Source of the DNA: Toensbergia leucococca | Taxonomy: Eukaryota | Direction of reading: 5' to 3' | NCBI GenBank assembly: GCA_022813965.1 | Contig: JALDZS010000208.1 | Location: 1-40,132 of the forward strand | Length of the DNA stretch: 40,132 nucleotides | In this document: positions 9,912 through 22,573 of the stretch, piece after piece | How the letters are laid out: each line of letters opens with the position of its first letter | How positions within the stretch are numbered: position 1 is the stretch's first letter | Position numbers and translations under genes: made by a program | The notes under the pieces: generated by a model | What the model saw: only the letters and a program-made list of their open reading frames with translations | The model's database searches: none | What the model was told of the DNA's origin: nothing

Positions 9912-11411
9912 CTACCACGTTTCTAACACCCCTTTATCTTCAGAAACTTTCTTGCTGCGTGGAAATGTGAAAGAAGGCTTGATTCTCCCAAGCACACGGG
10001 ATACTGATTCTATTGCGTTAGAGGGACGCCCATCCGATTGCTTGGAGATTCCAGGCACAATTTCCAGGATAGCGTCAATAGGATTTGGTGGAGAGTAGAT
10101 CGCTTTGATGAGTATATCGGTTATATAATACTTGGAGCCTCCGTGGACCCGCGGTTCCGCATGGATACATGCCTGATGTTTTTTCAATAAGATGGTTGTT
10201 CTGGCGCTTTGGGCTCAAAAGTACAACGGCGGTCATCCAACATTCCGGTCTCAGACTCTGAGACAGCGTTGAAGCCCACTCCAAAATTCCCTGTTGAGCC
10301 TAGCAGGATAGCAAGTAATTCACCGTCGGTTCGTTTGAAAATGAGCGTTCCCGCCAAATGCCCACCCTTTTTACTAATCTTCAAGACAGACGGCATCCCG
10401 CGTGGTATCCAATCTCCGTGCGTGGAAAAGATCACACCTGATTGTTGATCTCTCTGTGGAGAAGATAGCCTGGCTAGCTTGTAGTCATTTTCTTGCTTTG
10501 GGCCTTTCCGAAGTAGATAATAGTGTACTGGAAAGATATCCTAAGGTCCAATGGCTGGTGGGGAATTTCGGACATATACTTTTACAATACTTTCTCGCGA
10601 AGTAACCTTGCAAAGGCTTTGCGGCCTTACTTTTGCGTATTGATGATCGTCAGCGGAAACGCGTTTAAGGAATATACCCAGAAAGCCATCATAATGGGGC
10701 GGCGCCAGGCAAGTAAGAGCGGCAACGTAAATGTCTTTATCATAAGGACTAAGATGTAAGTCTATACGCAGGCCTTTATTGCTTACTAAAAACGAAACGG
10801 TTAGTTCCCAATCATGGTATGGCATGTATCCACCGAAATTGACAAAATACTTTGGTTCTTTTGCGAGCAGTCCGTAATGAGAGTCATTAGACGCACTTGG
10901 GAGGGTCCACGCGAACAAAGACTGGTCGTCTGAATGTTTCATGATCTCTTCTTGCAGTCTGACAAATGCTTTTCTTCCTTCCCCGTAGACCATTGGCATG
11001 TTGACGTCGAAGAGGCCCATCAGGCAGTAAGCAATATCTTCTACCCTTGTTGTATTTCTTTCTGAAGCCCAGGACATCGGCAAGATAGACGTAGCATACC
11101 GTTGCTTTCTGATACCATGGATACATTGAATTGATAGCCTCGGACAACTCAGCGCTACTACACTTGTCTATACAGCAAGTATCAATCCATGTATACTCAT
11201 GGCCGTCGGTGGCAGCTTGTTTGCAGCAATATTGTATCTTGTTGAATCCTGGCTTATGTTCATAGGTACGTTTTTCTATGTCGGCAAAGAGGACTTCTTC
11301 TTCTGCATCTTCTCTTCATGTATGAGAAAGGATGGCATAAGCTGGCAAGTTCTTTGATGTAGTGCCAGAGACATTCTTTAGCTGGAATGTGGTCGAATTC
11401 AGGAGTCGCAT
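9912..11411 (-). pseudogene. HET-domain (PF06985, HET-E N-terminal-like) pseudogene
   Basis: MRLLNSTTFQL...YAILSHT*(11316-11318)...WIDTCCIDK..SAELSEAINSMYPWY..A.VCYVYLADV, then an out-of-frame join to MSWASERNTTRVEDIAYCLMGLFDVNMPMVYGEG...DDQSLFAW. Further frame breaks below 10541; 3' end approximate. Confidence 0.9.
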
Positions 11412-13316
11412 GGTGAGAAAAGCTTCGTAAGATGGCCTCAATCTCCCGTGATCATCTCGTTGGGCTTGGGATCTGAGGTTCTAGGGAAAATATGAGGCAT
11501 CTCTTCAATAATGTCCGGTCAATACGTAGGAAACCACCTAATCCATAGATGCGAAATAATAGGGGTTCCCAGCTCCCGAATTATCAACCTGAAACAATTC
11601 CATTTTATTATGTTGAACTAAGATGCTTTGAGGACACAATTCCCGCAGGTTGCGCGTATTCAATATTGGCGCCTTCCTGTACAAGGCCATGTCAGATTCC
11701 CCGGCATGCGAAGGCTTTGTCTATCATCATAGCACTTCAGCCTGATCGCCAACTTCCGCTTCTTGAACGTCCAATTGCAAGTCCTCATTTCATTTGAGAT
11801 ACACAGCCCATTTCTTTTTGAGTTAGCTAATTTCGAAGCGTTGATGGCAAACAACGCAATTGAACCGATTCCAGGCAGTCCGATACATGGGGATGTGACA
11901 GGGAACACCTCGAAGACCACCGCTACCCAGCCTCGAAACAAAGTTGAGAACTATGTCAAGAGGTCTGCTGTTCAGATCGACCACATACAACCGCAGGCAG
12001 AGTCTTTAGAGGACAGCGTTGAGGCTGTACCACTGTAAGTCATTCACAACCCTATGAAGCCAATGATATCGATGGTATGCGGGATAATGCGGATAGAAGC
12101 TGAGAAATCCCAGAACGGCGCTTTCAAGCCCTTCGTCCGACGCTTTGAAACTCATAAAAGTGAGTCCTCCGGTGTATGTCACACCTCTAGAGCATCTAGG
12201 AGAGGAACCAAGAGACATAGACTGCCCTTTCTGTCACTATGTGGTAAAGACACAAGTGACTCATAAAAGCTCAAGTACAACATGGTACGTTGCATACAGT
12301 ATTCAGTGTTGAATCTCCTTTCAGCTCTCAGTCTAACTTGCTAAAGACATTATACAGTATAGCTGCCCTGTTTATTGCATACTGACTGCTGGACTTGGCT
12401 GCTGGATCCCATATGTGGCCGGTTGCTGCCAGGAGACAACCCACCGTTGCTCAAGATGCAGTCGTCAGGTCACGCGTAAGCCACACGATGGCCCTTTTGA
12501 AGTCAGTAGTGCCCCGCCACCCCTCTTGGTTCCGTCAAGATATGGACATCAGTAGGGGGAAGAGAAAAATCATTTTAGCCTTGCTTGTATTTCCTCGTTT
12601 AAATCTTGAGTGAGAAATCTTGCTATTAGCATGGAATCAGCATAGTATCGAGCATGGCATCGAGCATGGAATTCAGTAAGTGGGGGAGATTTGTGAGTGG
12701 ATTCGTCGCAACTCCCTATGCCTGCCAGGCAGGGCAGATTCCATCCATTTCTTTCCACCATGCATCCTGGCATGGTCGTTCCTTTCCTTCCTTTTTCATC
12801 TTTCATCCAACATCGCCCTAAGCCACGGTGTATCATTTTCGCGCGCGACGATAGGGAATCTTATTATTCATAGGCTAAAATCCATGCCCTCCCTGTGTCC
12901 TAGACAAATATTGAACCGCGAAAAGGAATTCTATCATTCATGTTTCCGGCCCTGGGAGCTACGTTCTCGACGCAGGGCAAACTCCATCCATATCTCTGTG
13001 ACCTAGAGGATTTGTTGTAGTTCAGCTTTCCTATTCTTGTCGCCTTGGTATTATCGGTTCATCCTTTCAGGAAGCCCGCTGTCGTGATGGAGGGCTCCAT
13101 TGACTGTATCCTGGTTCTAGGCCTCAGGCCTTTCGTTCCGAGTCGTTCGTTCCGAGTCATTCGTTTTGAGTCATTTGTTTCGAATCTTCTTTCTAGGTCT
13201 ATCGTGCTGGAGGTTTCATCGCGATGTTCAAGCAAGGCCTCTGCTAGTAATAACCATTTCTGATTGCAGGGAGCCTTCTTCTGAGTCATGCCTCTAATGT
13301 AAAGTAATGCGATGCG

Positions 13317-14746
13317 TCATTCGCTCTCGTAATATGCTGTCACTTCGGGTACCTCGTCTATACTTTTCTTGACTTCTTCAATAGGCCACGCAATGCATTC
13401 TTGCCATTCAGACCCAACGGCTCCTTCGATTGAATCTACCACCTCCCGGCCCCATCCTTTGAGCCACACGTGTCCCCCCAATCGATGTAGAACAACCCCA
13501 TAATGTGCCAGAATAGCCAGTGCCATTGGCTTTCGCTCCGCCATTGCAATTGGAAACTCGGGCTCAACGGTAATAGGGAACGGTAGCACTGTCATTGAAA
13601 GTCCTGGCCTCTCCTCTAGAAGCCTGAAGCAATGTCGTAGAATGCCTATCGCCCTTGCATAAACATTCCTCAGTCTGGCATCAGTTGTTTGTTCATAATT
13701 TCGCTTCGCGAGTGCCGTCAACGCGTCTTCTACTTCAAATGAGAGAGGCTTCCAGGGATTTATAGGCTTCGGTAGCAAGAGGTGCCTGAATGGTCCCTGC
13801 TCCAGCCACTCAGAGCCGCTTCTCACAATTACAGCAACTCCCCGGTTAAGTGTGAAAACTTCTTGGATTTCAAGCAATGCGTTGATTGGGCTGTGGGATG
13901 TATGAGGGAGGCCCCATGCGTAGAGGGATACGAGGCAGGCAAATGTGAACAGCGACGAGACATTGCCAGGAGTGACGGTGTTGAGATGGGGGTAGAAGAG
14001 CACGAGGCCTGCGGCGTAGTGACGAAGCGCAAGGGACGAGTGAGCGGGCGGATGTGTGGGATCGGAGAGGGCGAGATGCAGCGACGACACGGCTAGAAGA
14101 CCATGGAGGATAAAGTCGTGTTCAAGGGCCAGCTGAGGTACTAAATCGCGCCAAACGAGTAAACCTTCAACGGATCCCGATATACTTTTGTAGGCAGATC
14201 GGGTATAGTGATGCATAAGTCTCAAATTGTCGCGCTCATCAGCAGAGAAAGCACTGGCGACATAAGGGCTTCTATCCGTGGGAAGAGCAACTCCCTGCTT
14301 GTGAATGGCATCGAGGAAAAGGTGCTCGGAATTCGGAGTCGTCGTGTGGTAAATAGGACTGAGCTTACCCATTTGATCGTCAAGATCGGGAGGCTCCCCA
14401 TAGCTCAGAGTGCTGAGAGACGGCTGTAGAGATTCCTGCAACTGAGGGGCCGGGACGAATAGCAGGGATGATTCTCCATCACCAAAGGAGCAATTCAAGG
14501 CTCGCCTTCTGCAGTTGTTGCAGCCGGGCTTGGTCTCATCGCACTGGATCGGCAGTCAAATGAGAGGTAAGAGAAGTAAAGATGAAGAGAATTGAAAAGA
14601 AAGGTAGGAGGCGATTGAAACGGTATTTCCTACTAAAAATGGACAATTGCAGGATTGTCAGAAAGTAGCTTGCTTACCTTTGTCTTCCTTCCTTTGCATT
14701 GGGTGCAACCATGGCGGCTTTTGCTATGAAAACGTCTGGATGACAT
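13317..14746 (-). CDS. Zn(II)2Cys6 transcription factor, Upc2/Ecm22-like; exons 14746-14678, 14543-13317
   Basis: Spliced product MSSRRFHSKSRHGCTQCKGRKTK|CDETKPGCNNCRRRALNC has six Cys. C-terminal motifs LRLMHHY, VPQLALEHDFILHGLLAVSSLHLA, ALAILAHY, WLKGWG, W..CI.WP. Confidence 0.93.
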
Positions 14747-15127
14747 GGGTAGGTTATACGTGTTCAGGGATTGAGCTGAGCTTATCAAAAAGACTAATCA
14801 GCTGCTGGCTAATTGAAGTTCAGATGATGTGATCTAAAGAGGGCATAGTGAATGAGGAGTTCAAGCGTCAGAATCCAGGCGTTCAACAGAAGCGTACTCC
14901 GTATATCGCTCAGCATCTATGAGAACCCAGATTGCGGGATACTCGATCAAAATGTACATGTCATCACTCTGTCATACCAACGTTAGCTTAAATAGGTAAG
15001 TAGCACTGGTAGAGCCGAGAGAGGCTCAGATATAGAGCACTAAAGACAAAGTAGATGAAAGTAGTAGAATTGGTTGGATACCTCTAGCTGCCGCATGCCA
15101 CCAAACTCTAGGCCACATTGGGCAATC

Positions 15128-15176
15128 TATACGATGAACGACAAACGACAAACGAGGAACGAGGAACGATGAACGA
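15128..15176. promoter_or_regulatory. Array of seven phased heptamers ending in ACGA (putative Upc2-type sterol response elements)
   Basis: TATACGA TGAACGA CAAACGA CAAACGA GGAACGA GGAACGA TGAACGA. The first unit is the reverse complement of the SRE TCGTATA. Lies in the divergent promoter of the TF and RTA1 genes. Confidence 0.55.
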
Positions 15177-15401
15177 TGATCTTATGCAATGCCTCGACAA
15201 ACACCGTGACCTAGTCCCAAAAAAGCAATCTATACATGATACGGAATGCCTCCATTTCTCTAATCTATAGACCTATGAACCATAAACTACATATATATGC
15301 CTGTTTGAACTCCTCATATTCGACTTCCTCGCATCATTTGCGACGCACCAATTTCTCTTACTTCCCACCAAATTCTACTACCTCCATACCACTCCTACAC
15401 T

Positions 15402-16348
15402 ATGGGCGGCATCCAAACCTCCACCGGCGTGTTTGAATATTACCGCTATCCACCCTCTATTCCCGCTGCCAGTATTTTCGTAGCACTTTTCTTTCTCACC
15501 GCCGCCCTCCACACATATCAATTCACCCGTACCAGAGCCTGGACTGTCCTTCCTCTCGTCCTCGGAGGATACGGTGCGTACTCCTGATTTTCTTGTTTCA
15601 AACTCACTTTCCTCACGCTGACTCTTTATAATCAGGTGAATCGATCGGGTACATTGGCCGCATCCTCTCGAGCAAAGAATCCCCAAATTTCGCCATGGGC
15701 CCCTTCTTGCTAGCGAACCTCCTGACGATCCTTGCACCTGCACTCTTCGCCGCCTCCATCTATATGAGCCTCGGCCGGATCATCTTAGCTACAAAGGGTC
15801 AGGCGCTCTCCTTGATTCGACCGTCCCACCTGACAACATTGTTCGTTTCATGTGACATAGTAGGCCTGGCAATACAAGGAGCAGGATCCAGTGTCATGCC
15901 AGCTGGGACGCTTGCCGACTTTTATATCGGGGAGAAGATAGTCATTGCGGGTTTGGCAGTCCTCGTAACGTCGATTGGACTTTTCATCCTCGTGGCGTTG
16001 ATATTCGATTTTCGGATGCGCAAAGAACCTACTGAGTGCAGTATCAGCTCGGGCTTGAATTGGAAGATGGACCTAGGTGCACTGTACCTTGGAAGCGCAC
16101 TCATCTTTGTGCGATCAATCTTTCGACTTGTCGAGTATTCGCAAGGGAATTCAGGGTGGCTTCTTACACATGAGTGGACGCTTTATGTTTTTGATTCGGT
16201 CCCAATGTTGACGGTCATGGTGCTATTCAACTTGGTGCATCCGAGTCATGTCCAGGCATTGTTGCAAGGAGGGAAGTATTCAGAGAAGGCGGGCTTGAGG
16301 ATCGTGGATATACAGAAGGAGGAGCTGGATGGCCCAGAGAAGGCTTGA
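15402..16348 (+). CDS. RTA1-family (lipid-translocating exporter) membrane protein; exons 15402-15573, 15636-16348
   Basis: YYRYPPSIPAASIF, ESIGYIGR, LAPALFAASIYMSLGRII, FVSCDI..LAIQGAG, LIFVRSIFRLVEYSQG, HEWTLYVFDSVPM. Confidence 0.95.
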
Positions 16349-17129
16349 GCAGATCGAAGACGATGTTGCATTCGAGAGGCGTTGCGGATTCCACGGTAAT
16401 TGACGCATTTGATGAAAAGCGGCGTTTTGGTGGGAAGGGAGCACGGGAGATATTGGTAGACTGTCAGGCTTAGCCCAGGCTAAAATTCAGGCGAGACATA
16501 GATGAGAGTTATTGATGAATGTCGATGATGACGCCGACAGTCACAACAGATTCAACATTGTGGCAGGTTGAAAGTGAAAGAAAGGCATCAAGACGAATGG
16601 CGGTTGTGACTACGGTACTCTACGGAGGGTGAAACAAGCAATCGCGGACTTGCAGCCTGTGGTTAACCCTATTCCGCAATTCCCATCAGTCCTACCTCTG
16701 CTCCTCCGTAATTAATCCGCAAATACGTTCCGCCATTTCTCTTCCCTCCACATACGCAGTGTCATAACGTGATTTCGTCCACTGATTACCCTTGAGATTA
16801 TGGTCTAATGGGAGAGGAATCAATGCCTCTATTCACTTTGGGTACGACGAAGCAGCATGTCCCAGATACTAAATTCAGTGTTTCTCTTCAAGCACATCTT
16901 TCTATGAAAAACTTGTAAGCTACTCTTCAAGTTTATCAACGGTGAAAGGAACCTAAGTCACTGGCAGATGTAGTAGTCAGTTTTTGGACAGAACGTGGAA
17001 ATCTTCATCTCCGTGCCTGTTAAATCGGAACTCAGGATCAGGTGAAAGAGGCGTTCAATACCGGGTCTAGGAGTCATACGTAGAGACTTGTGCTGAGAGC
17101 TAAAAACCTCCTTGAATGCTAGCTAGGTA

Positions 17130-19340
17130 GCTCACTCAATCTTTATTTTAACTCTTCTTCACACTGTATGATTCTCAGTCTGCTATCAAAGCTACAAGAA
17201 TGTAACACAGTCATTCTTGAATTGAAGTGCTTTTTTTTCAGTGTTAAGAGTATGTAAGAAAGATAAGTCTGTTGTTCTTGAGCTTGACTGTCACAGATAC
17301 TTTCTTAGAGAAAACACTGTCAGTCCCTTCAATAATAGTCTCATTTATCTTGCACTCTCCTCAGAAGACTCACTCATTTATGCATCACAGACTCTTCATT
17401 TTCAATCTTGCAATAAAGCGCATATTCAAGCTTTCATCTTTCATGCACAATCAAATTGCCTCAATTATTCTTTGTCTTTCACATCCTCACTGAGTAGCAG
17501 CAATATATTACAAGATGTGCTGGTAGAACCGATGGAAACTGAGCTGCCCAAGGATGAACAAAAGCCCACGGAAAACGGATATCAGGCCCACGGAAGGTTG
17601 TTATATTTTGATTAAGGGCTAGTTGGTGTGTTTTATCAACCTTTCTTTTCTTGTGTTGACATTCTTCCTCACTCTCATCTAAATCCTCGAAACGCAACCA
17701 AGCGATGATTTCACCATCAATTTAACCCTAAGTGCTCGATGATATTGATCTACTAGGCATGCTTTTCGTCCCTCCTCGGCGCAGTTGCATCTTTCACTGC
17801 CACTATATTCTATCTACCAGGGTGCTGTAAGGATTCAGTAGTTTTTCCACTTCATGGCGGCTTTCCGTCATTCTCTCATATATACCTCACAGGTCCTTGA
17901 TCGTGGCCAGAACGGTGGCGCGGTTATCTCGATCACCAGCTTCCCCAAGCTTCTCAACCATCCTAATAATAATTCCTGAATCTTTGATCATCCCATCGTC
18001 GTATTTGGTGGCGGCGGCGACAACATTTCGGTATCTCTCGCTCGCTCTGGCTAGTAGTTTATTGGGCTGGCTACTCCCTGTGATGTGGTACTCGGATATC
18101 GTTGACCATTGTGGTCTCTATTTCTGTATGCTCGTAAGAAAACACAGTCGACCTGGTCCCGTGTGACATCGATGGCTAACGTGGTTTTTTTCACCTTTGT
18201 TTTCGCCGGATTTCACTCTTCAGATTTCTCCTGCGCCTGTGCTGCAGAAGTGTATTGATATGAACTTTTCCACGGATTTCACTCAGTCCTCCTCTGCCAC
18301 AATCTCCTGCAGCTCCCTTGCCTCCGGGTCCATTGTCTTGATGATCTCATTGACAATCCATTGACAGGCCATTAGTCAACACTGTCCGTATGTATTGTTC
18401 CCCCCACCAGCCCAGACCTTAGTAATGACTGCACAACGCTTGACTTGAATCTCATCCCTTAGCTTTCGCAGGGGGGCCCACCCAGAGATGGTGTTGAAAC
18501 GTTTGGGGTTGGTGTCATTGTGCTCAAAGACAGGAGCGTCATTTAGGACAAATGCTGGGTCATATACCCACATCTGCGCGGAAGAAACCCCCTCCGGCGT
18601 CAGCAGAAGCACAAGACAGGGAAGCGCAGTGTGACGTGAAAAAAAGCCGGTTAGGAAAAGGCATGAGGGAACTGACAGTTCTGAAAGATATCTTGACAGC
18701 CAGTGTATGATGGGCAACTGTCCTGTTGTGATACATCTTCTTTCACTCTGTCTCATCACTTCTCAAACCCACAAACCACCCATCATCTTTCGCGGCCTGA
18801 TAATTGCTTGGGGGGTGCGCGCAGCACAGAAAGAAGTTGTATCCAGAAGCTTTGTAGTGATTGTGGATGGCATATTGCGCCTTGCCGCTTTTCTGAATAT
18901 GAATGACGAGCTCCTCTGGGGGTTCAGTCACAAGTCCTGCTTCTCTCTGTCTTTCATTGGCGAGTGTGAGCTGAAGAGTAGCCTCGGACGTTCAACCATG
19001 ATATGCTACTTAAATACCCACCGTCAAGGTTTCTCGTTGCTGGAGCTGACCGCCAAAGCAGAGCTCTCAGTCATCCTTGCCTGGACATTCTCCTTCTTGA
19101 TGCGTGCTACTGTAGTGCCAACTTGCAACTGTCAGCGACTTCTAAGCTCGTGACAGGCTCATGACGCAGCGTAACTCAGAGCGGTTCTATTCCGTAGATC
19201 AGAGAAGGTGAGCTCGAATGAGTGGACTTGGATTCTGCTCGGACTTGACGTTCTGCACTTTTGAACTTGCAGGCTAGTGCGAGTGATAGTCGTCTTGGCT
19301 ACTTGGAACGGCGCTCTTAAGTTCGTCTATGTCCATGGGA
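17130..19340 (-). pseudogene. Decayed coding sequence of unknown identity, most mutated at 17130-17500
   Basis: Protein-like minus-strand stretches broken by stops, e.g. QMWVYDPAFVLND...KVWAGGGNNTYGQC*LMACQWIVNEII and YRNVVAAATKYDDGMIKDSGIIIRMVEKL. The distal part is CpG-depleted and AT-rich. Confidence 0.4.
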
Positions 19341-20470
19341 AAGTGGTGCAGCTAAGATCAATATTTCTTCGTTTTGAGTCGGGCTTCAATCGATGATACC
19401 CTAAGTATAAGACACCGTCATCTTCGGAGTGCCGTGACAGATCAAAGCTACTACGGGGTTCATCTTCTTCTAATTGTCTAGTCAAATGCTGATCCACAAT
19501 CCGATATATATCTTGAATTTATAAAGTAGCATAAAGATCGCCACCTTTTCTAGCCCATTGACCATATTGCTTCCTCAAGCATACTATGACAATGCAAGTG
19601 TGCACTTGTCCCTAAGGAATTGTTTGTGACAATGTCCGCCGCTATGCTTCATATCGTGAAGTCTTCTCTCCTCAAACGTGAGAACCCTGCTGAGCCAGTC
19701 CCCTTGTTCTTCATATTCACTTTACGCAGATCTTTCTCCCACAAGCCATCATTCAGAACTCAATCACCGGCGCCGTTAGATTCCGCAAGTGCGCGTGGAT
19801 TGACGTTTGTTCTCTGAAAGTACAAATCTACCAAGCGCTGTCATGTATCAAGATCGTTATCTGTGAAGCTCAAAAGCTGATTGATGCCCCCTTCTCAGGT
19901 CCGTGTTATAGCATCAAGGATGCGGCTCATACTCTCAAAAGATGACAAGTCTTGTTAAATTAAAAAAGGTACAATAGCGTGAGTCCGATCTTGAGGAGCG
20001 GAGGCATTTACTGTAGTTGCTGATGAAGCGGAGGGAGCTAAAAATGATGAGTGAGGCACGGTGAGTAGAAGTGAAGACGATGCTGCTAGTGAAGTTGTAG
20101 GGAGACTTAGTTGTACCAGTGAGAGCGTAAGCAAGAATGATGCTGCTTGTGAAATTTTGAAGGTTACTATTATGGCAAAGCAGGTGAAAGTAAGGACGGC
20201 GCTGCTGATTAAGTTGTGGGTGGCTTGGGTTGTGGCAGGGCAGACAAAAGTATTCAGGCGGACAGGCAGGAACTTAGGTGGCGAGAAGTCTTCTCATTTG
20301 TCTTATTGCACACCCTTGCGCTTGGTACCTTCATTGGCCACTGCTTTAGTCTTCTTTGGCGAATTTTGAGGGGGAGAAACCGGGTTAGGCCACCCATCGC
20401 TGCTATCTCCTCCCCTTTCTTGATCAGGTCGATTGGAGCTTGCCAATGCGACAAATTCAATAGAATGTCA

Positions 20471-20491
20471 ATATATATATATATATATATA
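20471..20491. repeat. (AT)n microsatellite
   Basis: About ten AT units. Confidence 0.9.
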
Positions 20492-22204
20492 AGGGAAGGA
20501 GGGGGGAGTTATATAATTGAGTTGAGGTAGAAGTGTTGACTACTAGCTTTGTTCAAAGAGAAGGGGAGTGCAAGGTGCTGAAGGTGGGCGAGTCATTATG
20601 GAGAAAAGAGATGGAGCTCTAGGAAGTGGAGTGTCGTAAGTAGTGGGCAATGAACATCTCACTGGCTGGAAGAAATGTTCACTGACCCTAATGAATAGCG
20701 AACAAAAGGTAATTTAGTGTGAAGTCAGCAAACGAAGGGGCGAAACCTCCATATGAATGTACGAGCCTGAAGTATACCTACTATAAATGTATTGGCCAGA
20801 GCCGTTCCGAACCTTTCAATAAAATGATAATGCTGTTGACATTGCCTCGGTCAAATCCTTAGTACAAGGATTTGCGGTGAATTTGAAATTTGCAAACTTC
20901 GTTTCTCCCGTGCTCCTTTGCAGGAGATAGTAATAGCTCTTGTAGGAATATTCCGTGACATCCGGGACCCAGGACCGCAACAAGTATTTGAAGAAACCAG
21001 GATCCTCAGTACATCTGACTTCCAAATGCGAAAAGGGTCATTCCCGGAGGTCTATCGAGTTTTCCTAGCTGCTTCGTAAGTAAGAATGCATCGTACAGAC
21101 TGACTATCGTTGACATTTACCCGAAGCTGCAGAGCGTGACCCTTCAAGCTACCCTTCAGGATTCAGCGGATTGAACGAGAATATTGTAGAGGACGGTATG
21201 CACGGAAGAGACTCTCCCTTTTGATTGAGTCAAATATAAGCCGAACATAATGCGACTATTAAAGCACTGTCTGTTCATAGTCAATGATCTTCTCTTCCAT
21301 GCAGCTTTCAGAATTGATTGAGTTATTTGAAATTGAAGTTATATTGCAATGTCTTCAGTTCTGTATCATAGCGAACTCCCGGAAGATGGAAAAGGTCACG
21401 AAATAAGAAAAACATTATGGTTTGCTCATTGTAAGTAGACAGGTAAGATAGAGAAGTAAGAGCGCATGACTTCTAGGCACCAGCACAGTTTCGGTCGAAG
21501 TTTCCGACATAGGATGAAAACGCAAAAGACGAAAGCTGACGATGTAATGTAGGATAGGAAGTTCCGCTGGGTACTATGCCGAGTGAGCTACCCTTAAGGA
21601 TGACTGTTCCGATTCAAAGGATTTTCATGTAGGCTAATGTCTCCATCCCACTTTGATGAGGCTTTGTCGAGGGGTGGTGCTAGAGCAATTCAGCTTATAT
21701 GTATCAAAAGATATAAGATGGGAGGGTAGATGGGAGGATAGGTAGGAAGATGGAAGATGGATGGTCCAAGGCGACGCGTCTAGATGCTAAGAATCTATTG
21801 AGGTTTAGGATCGATATTTATATGAATAGAACATTGAGGAATCGATGATCAATTGGATGGATGGATTTTGGATTAACTAATAAGTCAAAAGAGTCTCTAT
21901 TCGATGAGGACTTTTAATGGGACACCACCCTATCTATATATCCAACTCCCAATGAAAACACAAGCCAAATGAAAACATACGAAGGGACTTCCCCTCAGCA
22001 GACTCCTCATCCTCCCCTCATCTTTCCATAGTGCCATGGTATCGCGATTACTAGATAACATCAATAGAATCCATTAACAAAACCAGACAGTATTCAATTT
22101 TTCATCGTAGCGTCCTCGCGGCCAACTGTCCACTCACCTAAACGCCAATGAGGCTGAAGTGTCATTGAATACTTCTTGCACTTCTTGCACTTCGCATCCA
22201 TAGC

Positions 22205-22250
22205 CCTCTTTCCTCTTTCCTCTTTCCTCTTTCCTCTTTTCTCTTTTTCT
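22205..22250. repeat. (CCTCTTT)n heptamer/pyrimidine tract
   Basis: CCTCTTT repeated ~5 times upstream of the 22574 ORF. An ACTTCTTGC duplication lies at 22171-22188. Confidence 0.8.
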
Positions 22251-22573
22251 TCACCTTCATTCTCTTCGTTTTTGTTTCATCTGTGCAAAACCGTAGCCTC
22301 AGCATGGCTTTACATATGACTCGGTCGACTTTTCCTTTGTCGCAATGTGCAAGACGGCTTCTCTCTCTCTGTAATGAAGTAATTCGCTCGCATCTATGGC
22401 CAAACCCGCAAGTTTCATCTCTACCCTCAGACTGTGGCGCCACAACTTGACTATAGTTACCCTCCATTGTGTCTTGCTTCCAGTTCGAACATGCAGAATT
22501 ATTGGCATCGAAGAACTGAGCACAGAGGCAACGATACATCTGTGGGAACACCTGCGCGATCAATCTGCCGAGC

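Noticed and set aside
11763..12266. Two same-frame ORFs separated by one TAA (possible readthrough or pseudogene)
   Set aside because: No recognisable domain; could occur by chance.
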